41,468 nucleotides of DNA from a virus (taxonomy: Duplodnaviria; Heunggongvirae; Uroviricota; Caudoviricetes), in the IMG/VR virus record IMGVR_UViG_2541047699_000015. One strand, written 5' to 3'. Numbering within the stretch: position 1 is the first letter of the stretch; each line of letters opens with the position of its first letter. Under the pieces are notes generated by a model. That model did not search any database and was not told the origin of the DNA. It saw nothing but the letters and a program-made list of their open reading frames with translations. This document shows, piece after piece, positions 34,870 to 41,468 of this stretch. Position numbers and translations under genes: made by a program.

Positions 34870-35100
34870 TCATGAGTAGAAGAAGTATGCCAGTTCCGCT
34901 TTTGAGCGCAGCCATTGTCTTGTTTTACAGGCTTTAAAAAGCCCATTCATCAATACCTTACCTGGCATTTTGCGCTTACCTGTTAAGTGAGTCTGGATAT
35001 AGTGACTCGTCGTTCCGGCTTCCTGTGCGAAGGCTTCACGCTCATCCGGAGTAAGTGCAAGCCAGTGCTTTTTGAAATCGAAATGTCCGTTATCGCTCAT
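34870..35100 (-). CDS. Cro-like HTH regulator
   Basis: 76 aa, first gene of the operon that contains the replication genes, divergent from CI-like gene; HTH-like segment AFAQEAGTTSHYIQTHLTG. Confidence 0.6.
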   Translation of the reverse strand: MSDNGHFDFKKHWLALTPDEREAFAQEAGTTSHYIQTHLTGKRKMPGKVLMNGLFKACKTRQWLRSKAELAYFFYS

Positions 35101-35135
35101 AGCTATTGCCTGATATTTATTTCAGATAATAAATA

Positions 35136-35200
35136 TTCACCCATAAGGTAACAAAAATCAAGGATAGTTACCTATGGGGTGCATTTACCTGTTGGGTAAT
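35136..35200. promoter_or_regulatory. OR-like region: three operators between cro-like and CI-like genes
   Basis: TTCACCCATAAGGTAAC (35136-35152), GTTACCTATGGGGTGCA (35167-35183), TTTACCTGTTGGGTAAT (35184-35200); candidate -10 TAATAT at 35197-35202. Confidence 0.6.
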
Positions 35201-35254
35201 ATTGCTTTAAATTGAATCATCTACTGATTCATATATGAGGCGATTTTCCAGAAA

Positions 35255-35839
35255 ATGAAAAGTATCCAGGACGTCCGCAGGCAAAATCTCAACGACTTGA
35301 TCGACCGTGAATTCAATGGTGTTCAGACGCGGATGGCAGAAAAACTTGGAACTCAGGCAAATCTGGTAAACCGCTGGGCTCTTGGCAAGAAGGTTATCGG
35401 CGACCAGGTTGCGCGAAAAATTGAAGCTGCCGCCAATAAACCCCGTAACTGGCTTGATATCGATCGCTCGCTTTCTCAGGAAGGTTTTCAGCCTGTCGGC
35501 CCAAGCGACATTGGTCAGCTGGCAGCTCACAACCTGGAACGCTGGATGAGTGAAAGCCGCGACCTTTCAACTCAGGGAAAACTTCACCGCGCATCCGGCG
35601 TCGCCCAGGTGACAATAAGCCGCCTGTTAAACAATGAGGTCAGCGTTTCCATTTCCACCCTGGAGAATGTTGCATCTGCATTCGGGCGTCACGGATATGA
35701 ACTACTGATTCATCCGCATGACCCTGCGACCATCAACTATGATCGCTCGCGCTACGCATTGTTACCCGAAACCGAGAAAGCAAAGATCGAAAGTTACATT
35801 GAATTTGTCATCAACCAGAACGAAAAAAACAAACAATAA
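35255..35839 (+). CDS. CI-like prophage repressor with two tandem HTH (XRE-type) domains, no peptidase domain
   Basis: HTH1 about residues 20-60 (QTRMAEKLGTQANLVNRW), HTH2 about 110-150 (LHRASGVAQVTISRLLNN); 194 aa; no LexA-like Ser/Lys autocleavage module. Confidence 0.65.
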   Translation: MKSIQDVRRQNLNDLIDREFNGVQTRMAEKLGTQANLVNRWALGKKVIGDQVARKIEAAANKPRNWLDIDRSLSQEGFQPVGPSDIGQLAAHNLERWMSESRDLSTQGKLHRASGVAQVTISRLLNNEVSVSISTLENVASAFGRHGYELLIHPHDPATINYDRSRYALLPETEKAKIESYIEFVINQNEKNKQ

Positions 35840-35860
35840 AACCATATTTTTCAGTAAGTA

Positions 35861-35883
35861 AGTCGCCTTATGGCGGCTTTTTT
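35861..35883 (+). terminator. Rho-independent terminator after CI-like gene
   Basis: Hairpin AGTCGCC-TTAT-GGCGGCT followed by T6. Confidence 0.7.
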
Positions 35884-35895
35884 ATTGCCTATTCG

Positions 35896-35974
35896 ATTAC
35901 CTAACGGGTAATTTTTTTAACTCATATCTATTGACATCAAACCATATACGCATAATTATTACCTCAACGGTAAC
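35896..35974 (+). promoter_or_regulatory. OL-like region: operator, -35 TTGACA, operator
   Basis: ATTACCTAACGGGTAAT (35896-35912); TTGACA 35931-35936; ATTACCTCAACGGTAAC (35958-35974) starting 22 nt after -35. Confidence 0.6.
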
Positions 35975-35992
35975 AGACCGAGGTAACAAGTT

Positions 35993-36145
35993 ATGCAGTG
36001 GAAAATCATCAACGGTTGGTACTGCGTTACTGCATGCGGATTCATGAGCTGGAAGTTCCGCACCTTACAGGAAGGCATTAAGTGGGCTTTCGTCAGCAAA
36101 GAAGCTCGCGATGTGGCCAACGATAACGAGATATGGGAGGGCTGA
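35993..36145 (+). CDS. Small Trp-rich protein (50 aa), not in ORF track
   Basis: SD GAGGT 8 nt before ATG 35993; stop overlaps next start (TGATAATG). Confidence 0.45.
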   Translation: MQWKIINGWYCVTACGFMSWKFRTLQEGIKWAFVSKEARDVANDNEIWEG

Positions 36146-36147
36146 TA

Positions 36148-36447
36148 ATGAACGTTAATCAGCAGAAAAATCTTCAAAAAATCATGCTGGCATTCGACAA
36201 GGACTACCGTCTGTCAGAACAGCTATATGACCGACAAGTTGAACTGATTGAGAGTATCCGGCTTCATCAACTGGCATCAACTTTCGACGTTGTAACAGTT
36301 AAAGGCGTTCGCCAGGAAGTACTGGAGGCCGCTAAAGACAGCCCTGAGTTCGAAGAACTAATGGATGCCTACCGGCGCGAGGCAATGGCAATTATCGCCC
36401 GCTGGGATCTGGCTGATCAGCTTGATGGGCAGAGGGACGCGGCATGA
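36148..36447 (+). CDS. Hypothetical early protein
   Basis: SD GGGAGGG before ATG 36148; 99 aa. Confidence 0.5.
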   Translation: MNVNQQKNLQKIMLAFDKDYRLSEQLYDRQVELIESIRLHQLASTFDVVTVKGVRQEVLEAAKDSPEFEELMDAYRREAMAIIARWDLADQLDGQRDAA

Positions 36448-37265
36448 AACCGGGAATTTATTTCGACATCAGCAACGAAGACTACCACGCCGGTGACGGC
36501 GTGAGTAAGTCGCAACTGGACATGGTTGCCAAGAATCCGGCGCTTCTTAAATGGGTTCAGGCAGCACCAGAAGACGAAGAGAAAAAGTCTGCACTGGATA
36601 TGGGAACCGCATTGCACTGTCTGCTTCTGGAGCCTGGAGAGTTCGACAAACGCTTCATTGTTTCACCGAAATTCGATCGTCGGACGAAACAAGGTAAAGC
36701 TGACGAAGAGGAATTTCTTCGTGATGTGGCGGATATGGGGATTACGGTACTTGATGCCGAGCAGTGGCGGAAACTGGAGCTGATGCGTGATAGCGCAATG
36801 GCTCACCCGGCGGCACGCTGGATGCTGGAAGCACCTGGTTACTGCGAAGCATCAATGTACTGGAACGATGAAGAGACGGGGGAGTTGTGCCGAATTCGTC
36901 CAGACAAATGGCTGAACGAGCACAACGTGATCGTCGACGTGAAAAAGGTTGCAGATATGGACCGTTTTGCACGCCACATCGAGGAATTCCGCTACCACGT
37001 GCAGGACGCAATGTACCGCGAAGGCGCAATGAGGGTTACTGGTCAGCCGCATGGTTTTTTCTTTCTTGCCGTGAGCGAAAGCATTGATTGTGGTCGGTAT
37101 CCGGTACGCGTGTTCGAGCTGGATGCGCAGGATGTCGATGCCGGGCACGCTCTGTTCCGCCGGGATCTGAATACCTATCACGAATGCCGCATCAATGATG
37201 AATGGGGCGGTGTGGAAATCATTAAACGCCCTGAGTGGGCACGCAAACAGGATATGTACATATGA
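36444..37265 (+). CDS. Recombination exonuclease (YqaJ/lambda-Exo-like PD-(D/E)xK)
   Basis: Motifs RPDKW ... VIVDVKK; immediately upstream of annealing-protein gene with overlapping stop/start. Confidence 0.6.
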   Translation: MKPGIYFDISNEDYHAGDGVSKSQLDMVAKNPALLKWVQAAPEDEEKKSALDMGTALHCLLLEPGEFDKRFIVSPKFDRRTKQGKADEEEFLRDVADMGITVLDAEQWRKLELMRDSAMAHPAARWMLEAPGYCEASMYWNDEETGELCRIRPDKWLNEHNVIVDVKKVADMDRFARHIEEFRYHVQDAMYREGAMRVTGQPHGFFFLAVSESIDCGRYPVRVFELDAQDVDAGHALFRRDLNTYHECRINDEWGGVEIIKRPEWARKQDMYI

Positions 37266-38203
37266 GCAACGACATCGCAAACATCAACGCACCAGTAGAC
37301 ACAGCAATCGCTGGAACTGCTGCAACTATTTTCAGCCCAGACGGCTTGAACCAACTGATGAAATTCGCCGAGGTAATGGCGCAAAGCCGCGTAACGGTAC
37401 CGGCGCACCTCGCCGGGAAACCAGCTGATTGCATGGCCGTGGCAATGCAGGCTGCGCAGTGGGGAATGAACCCGTTTGCCGTGGCTCAGAAAACCCATGT
37501 TGTGAACGGCACGCTAGGTTATGAAGCCCAATTAGTAAACGCAGTTATCTCAACGATGTCGCCAACAAAAGATCGCATCAACTACGAGTGGTTCGGGCCG
37601 TGGGAACGCGTGATCGGTAAGTTTGTTGAGAAAACATCCAAAAACGGCAATCCATATATCGCACCAGGCTGGACTCTAAAAGACGAAGAAGGCTGCGGTG
37701 TTCGCGTATGGGCAACCATGAAGGGCGAGGATCAACCTCGAGTGCTTGAGTTAATGCTGTCTCAAGCACAGGTAAGAAACTCCACACTTTGGGCCAGTGA
37801 TCCGAAACAACAACTCGCATACCTTGCGACAAAACGCTGGTCTCGCCTGCACTGTCCTGACGTAATCATGGGCGTCTACACCCCAGACGAATTACAGGAA
37901 ACGGCACCGCGCGTTGAGCGAGACATTACTCCGCAAACGACCACTGCTGCGGGAATGAACAGTCTGATCAACGCTAAACCAGCGAAAAAGCCTGATGAGC
38001 AAACGCGTAAATCGGACAGCCGTGATCCAGAAGAAATGCTGATGGCCTTTACCAGCGCAGCGATGAATTACAGCACTGTCTCCGAACTGGATAAGGCTTA
38101 CAAATACATTGCACAAAAACTTTCAGATGATGACGAACTGCTGGCAAAAGCAACCGACGTTTACAGCGTTCGTCGGGAAGAATTAAACGAAACATCTATG
38201 TAA
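37262..38203 (+). CDS. Single-strand annealing protein (RecT/Redbeta family)
   Basis: DCMAVAMQAAQWGMNPFAVAQKTHVV resembles lambda Bet DAQFIALLIVANQYGLNPWTKEIYAF from memory; paired with exonuclease. Confidence 0.6.
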   Translation: MSNDIANINAPVDTAIAGTAATIFSPDGLNQLMKFAEVMAQSRVTVPAHLAGKPADCMAVAMQAAQWGMNPFAVAQKTHVVNGTLGYEAQLVNAVISTMSPTKDRINYEWFGPWERVIGKFVEKTSKNGNPYIAPGWTLKDEEGCGVRVWATMKGEDQPRVLELMLSQAQVRNSTLWASDPKQQLAYLATKRWSRLHCPDVIMGVYTPDELQETAPRVERDITPQTTTAAGMNSLINAKPAKKPDEQTRKSDSRDPEEMLMAFTSAAMNYSTVSELDKAYKYIAQKLSDDDELLAKATDVYSVRREELNETSM

Positions 38204-38252
38204 CCACCACCGCGGCGCCACGTGCGCCGCACTGCAACCAAGAGAGGTATTC

Positions 38253-38501
38253 ATGAAAGGTGCATTAGGTAAGAAAGAACTCCTGGCGGTGGTGCCACTG
38301 TCATGGAGCACTATCGACCGTATGGAGCGCGCAGGGGAATTTCCTAAACGCTGGTATATCACCGATAAACGCTGCGCATGGAACCGTGATGAAGTTGAGC
38401 GTTGGCTTGATGAACGTCAGGCAGCAAGCCCGGCAGAGTTCCAGGGTAAAAAGCCTCCTGTTCAGCAACGTGTATATCGTCCCGTGAGCAACGCTGCATG
38501 A
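38253..38501 (+). CDS. AlpA-family HTH protein (candidate excisionase/regulator)
   Basis: 82 aa; pattern VPLSWSTIDRMERAGEFPKRWYI...WNRDEVERWL typical of AlpA/Xis-type proteins. Confidence 0.55.
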   Translation: MKGALGKKELLAVVPLSWSTIDRMERAGEFPKRWYITDKRCAWNRDEVERWLDERQAASPAEFQGKKPPVQQRVYRPVSNAA

Positions 38502-38610
38502 GTGCGCTGCTAAGGCACTGGAGCAAATGGTCAGGATGGTACTTATTCCTGGCCTCTGTTTCAGCATGGCTTTATCTGCTGGCATTAATTTTCAGAGAGG
38601 GTTGGATTAA

Positions 38611-38910
38611 GTGAGAAAGTTAAGCCGACTTGAAAAATATCACATGAATAAGGTTTCAATGCGCAGTCCGTCAAAGATTGTCGCCGTTACTCCTGCGGCG
38701 ATAGAGATCGAAAAACGCGCGATTGAAAGAGAGAAAAAAGGGCAATTCCGCATTGCCGCTCACCTTTGGCTTCAGTGTATGGATGTTGCTTCTGGTGATG
38801 TTGAACGTGCAAGGATCGCGGTTCGCAGGGACCAATGTATCACAAAAGGTAACGGCCTTCGCCGTGGCGACTATAGCGGCATAGGATGTTGTGGGGTGGT
38901 TTATGACTAA
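38611..38910 (+). CDS. Hypothetical protein
   Basis: GTG start with SD GAGAGGG; stop overlaps methyltransferase start. Confidence 0.4.
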   Translation: MRKLSRLEKYHMNKVSMRSPSKIVAVTPAAIEIEKRAIEREKKGQFRIAAHLWLQCMDVASGDVERARIAVRRDQCITKGNGLRRGDYSGIGCCGVVYD

Positions 38911-39553
38911 GAAATACACACTAATCTATGCAGATCCACCCTGGGTATACCGGGACAAAGCCGCAGATGGTAATCGCGGTGCCGGTTTTAAATATCCGGT
39001 TATGAGTGTGCTGGATATCTGCCGCCTTCCTGTGTGGGATTTGGCCGATGAAAACTGTCTGTTGGCCATGTGGTGGGTGCCAACACAACCACTCGAAGCA
39101 CTAAAAGTTGTTGAAGCCTGGGGATTCCGTCTGATGACGATGAAGGGCTTCACGTGGATAAAATGTGGTAGTCGACAACCAGATAAACTGGTTATGGGTA
39201 TGGGACACATGACTCGCGCCAATAGTGAAGATTGCCTGTTTGCGGTAAAGGGAAAACTACCTACGCGCATTAATGCAGGGATCGTTCAGTCATTTACCGC
39301 ACCGCGGCTTGAGCATTCAAGAAAGCCAGATATCGTTCGTGAAAAACTTGTGCAATTATTAGGCGATGTTTCTCGCATTGAACTGTTCGCCCGCCAGACG
39401 TCTCATGGCTTCGATGTTTGGGGTAATCAGTGCGAAGACCCGGCAGTGCAACTACACCCTGGATACGCGTTGGATATCGGCGGATTAACAAATGCATTCA
39501 GCAATGCTCCGCTGTCACCAACAGACAACCAGGGGCGGGAGCGTGCAGCATGA
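38903..39553 (+). CDS. MT-A70-family DNA N6-adenine methyltransferase (orphan)
   Basis: Catalytic motif IYADPPW near N-terminus; no restriction endonuclease gene nearby. Confidence 0.7.
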   Translation: MTKKYTLIYADPPWVYRDKAADGNRGAGFKYPVMSVLDICRLPVWDLADENCLLAMWWVPTQPLEALKVVEAWGFRLMTMKGFTWIKCGSRQPDKLVMGMGHMTRANSEDCLFAVKGKLPTRINAGIVQSFTAPRLEHSRKPDIVREKLVQLLGDVSRIELFARQTSHGFDVWGNQCEDPAVQLHPGYALDIGGLTNAFSNAPLSPTDNQGRERAA

Positions 39554-40209
39554 ACCTATATCAACGCATCAATGGCGCTGACTGGTGCAATATCTTCGTC
39601 GTCGGCGATCTGCATGGGTGCTACACGCTGCTGATGAACGAACTCGACAAAGTTTCATTCGACCCGGCGCGCGATTTGCTTATTTCCGTTGGTGACCTTG
39701 TTGACCGCGGCGCTGAAAACGTCGAATGCCTGGATTTGATTACTATGCCGTGGTTCCGAGCTGTTCGTGGCAACCATGAGCAGATGATGCTGGATGCACT
39801 GGTCAACGGCGGAAGTTTCGGACATTGGATGTCAAACGGCGGTGGATGGTGGCACCAACTTGATTCTGAGCAGGATGTGCAACTCAAATACCTTCTGCCA
39901 AAGGTTACCAACCTCCCGATGATTATCGAACTGGTTACCGGCAATAAGAAGGTCGTCATCTGCCACGCAGACTACCCGCACAACGAATACGCATTCGATA
40001 AGCCAGTACCGGAAGAAATGGTGATATGGAATCGTGAGCGGGTTAGCGACGCGCAGGACGGTATTGTCTCGGAGATAACCGGTGCCGATTTGTTCATCTT
40101 CGGTCATACGCCAGCACATCACCCACTGGTGTATGCAAACCAAATGTACATCGACACCGGCGCAGTGTTCTGCGGAAATCTGACGCTTACCAAAGTCCAG
40201 GAAGGATAG
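39550..40209 (+). CDS. Ser/Thr protein phosphatase (lambda PPase-like metallophosphoesterase)
   Basis: Motifs GDLHG, GDLVDRG, GNHE; start ATG 39550 overlapping methyltransferase stop. Confidence 0.8.
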   Translation: MNLYQRINGADWCNIFVVGDLHGCYTLLMNELDKVSFDPARDLLISVGDLVDRGAENVECLDLITMPWFRAVRGNHEQMMLDALVNGGSFGHWMSNGGGWWHQLDSEQDVQLKYLLPKVTNLPMIIELVTGNKKVVICHADYPHNEYAFDKPVPEEMVIWNRERVSDAQDGIVSEITGADLFIFGHTPAHHPLVYANQMYIDTGAVFCGNLTLTKVQEG

Positions 40210-40211
40210 AA

Positions 40212-41468
40212 TTATTTATTACTGTCTTCCATCCACTTCTCAAACTTCGACGGGGAGAACGGAATCAGATCCGTATGCTCCCCGTTAATCCAGGAATCAA
40301 TCATATCGGCCCACTGCTGCAACATGTAGGCGCGCTGTCTGGCGTATTCCGCTTTGTTATATACGGCGCGCACACCTTTCTGCTCGTGTGCCAGAGCCTT
40401 TTCAATCCAGTCTGAAGGATAACCAGCCTCATGCAACAATGTACTGGCTGTACGGCGCATATCATGTACAGTAAAATCCTGAATATGCTCACCATCTTCA
40501 TTTATTATTTTCACCGTTCTGTCGATCAGAGAGTTCAGCGCGGCATTAGATAATGGCTTCCGGAAATTGTAACGACCAGGAACCAGATATTCACTTCCAC
40601 CAGCGCACATCTGCAACCCGACTAATATATCCTGTGCCTGTTTAGGCAGGTAAATAACGTGCGCCCGACTTCCCTTCATGCGGTCTGAAGGAATTGTCCA
40701 TGTCCATTTTTTAAAATCTATTTCATCCCACGTTGCATTGGTGAATTCTCCCTTACGAACCATGGTGATAAGCACCAGCTTTAAAGCCATTTTCATAGTG
40801 CCCATAGCACCAATGGCATCCAGCGTGCGGAAGAACAGGCCAATTTCTTCTGGTGTCAGTGTTCGCTCTCGTGGTTTAAATATGGCGATAGACGAAGGTT
40901 TAATGTCAGCCGCAGGATTAAACAAACCATGACCACGGTCATTGGCGTGACGGTATACGCTGCTGATGATCTCCCTGGCCTGTACTGCTGTTGCCCGACC
41001 ACCGCGTTCGACAATCCGGTCACACAAATCACGAACCATTGATGTGGTAATTTCAGCCATCATTTTGTTGCCAAGAACCGGAAGTATGTCACGGTCGATC
41101 ACCGCCTGCTTCATTGCGCGGGTACTGTCAGCCAGGATGACGTGTTTCATATAACTGTCGGTATGTACCGCAAACGTCTCGGCACCACGAATCTTTTTAA
41201 TACCGTCACGTTTAGCCGCAGCCGGTGACTGGCCTGCTTTAAGCAGCTTCTTTGCAGCAATCAGTTCTTCTCGCGCTTCTGCCAGGCTGATACCGTCACG
41301 CCCATACTGCCCGATTACCAGTGTTTCGCGGCGACCGTTGATACGGTAGTCATAGCGAAACGAGACCGTGCCTGACGTAAGCACAGCTACATACAGCCCG
41401 TCACGATCGGAGACCTTGTACAGTTTGTCCTGCGGCTTGAGGTTTTTTAATTTTGTATCGGTAAGCAC
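40212..41468 (-). CDS. Tyrosine integrase, P4-type (N-terminus cut by window end)
   Basis: N-terminal LTDTKLKNLKP arm-binding-like domain; C-terminal catalytic region with HxxR (HDMRRTAST) and terminal Tyr region; convergent with phosphatase gene. Confidence 0.8.
   Translation of the reverse strand: MLTDTKLKNLKPQDKLYKVSDRDGLYVAVLTSGTVSFRYDYRINGRRETLVIGQYGRDGISLAEAREELIAAKKLLKAGQSPAAAKRDGIKKIRGAETFAVHTDSYMKHVILADSTRAMKQAVIDRDILPVLGNKMMAEITTSMVRDLCDRIVERGGRATAVQAREIISSVYRHANDRGHGLFNPAADIKPSSIAIFKPRERTLTPEEIGLFFRTLDAIGAMGTMKMALKLVLITMVRKGEFTNATWDEIDFKKWTWTIPSDRMKGSRAHVIYLPKQAQDILVGLQMCAGGSEYLVPGRYNFRKPLSNAALNSLIDRTVKIINEDGEHIQDFTVHDMRRTASTLLHEAGYPSDWIEKALAHEQKGVRAVYNKAEYARQRAYMLQQWADMIDSWINGEHTDLIPFSPSKFEKWMEDSNK

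Larger units (their letters stand above)
1143..41468. mobile_element. Integrated temperate phage (prophage), T7-like virion module plus lambdoid regulation/replication; extends past window end
   Basis: Contiguous lysis, tailspike, virion, terminase, replication, immunity, recombination and integrase genes; left boundary inferred between terminator at 1142 and Rz stop at 1289; att sites not identified. Confidence 0.85.

Noticed and set aside
3159-38203. T7-type RNA polymerase gene or promoters (TAATACGACTCACTATAGGG-like)
   Set aside because: No ORF of RNAP size in the early region and no matching promoter sequences seen by eye
38204-38252. Hairpin GCGGCGC-CACGT-GCGCCGC after the annealing-protein gene as a terminator
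   Set aside because: No U tract follows on either strand; may be a stability hairpin, not reportable as a terminator

Overview
The window holds two host genes (1-1071, YfgH/YfgI-like, named from memory) followed by an almost complete integrated temperate phage running from about 1143 to the window end, where a P4-type integrase is cut off by 1-2 codons. Gene order: lysis cassette (Rz/Rz1, GH19 endolysin, two holin-like proteins), tailspike, a plus-strand accessory island (5.7-8.8 kb), a T7-like virion module (ejection proteins, tail tubular A/B, capsid, scaffold, portal), a tRNA-Arg(UCU) moron, terminase, an early region with lambda O/P-like replication genes and iterons, a Cro/CI immunity switch, a recombination module (exonuclease, RecT/Redbeta-like annealing protein), an MT-A70 methyltransferase and a Ser/Thr phosphatase. 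Most notable observations: (1) a 17-bp palindrome ATTACC-N5-GGTAAT occurs at 13 or more intergenic sites, at the immunity switch and at promoters of almost every transcription unit including the terminase start, suggesting a distributed operator network; (2) the CI-like protein has two HTH domains and no autocleavage domain, while a near-consensus LexA box sits in front of a small gene whose product is a paralog of the C-terminal domain of an ORF6N-type antirepressor-like protein, suggesting SOS induction through an antirepressor; (3) a 12-bp palindrome GTGACATGTCAC occurs three times, each just upstream of an intrinsic terminator; (4) the accessory island contains a structured leader and a candidate YafO-like toxin pair. 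All functional calls rest on reading the sequence and remembered family features; no searches were run.
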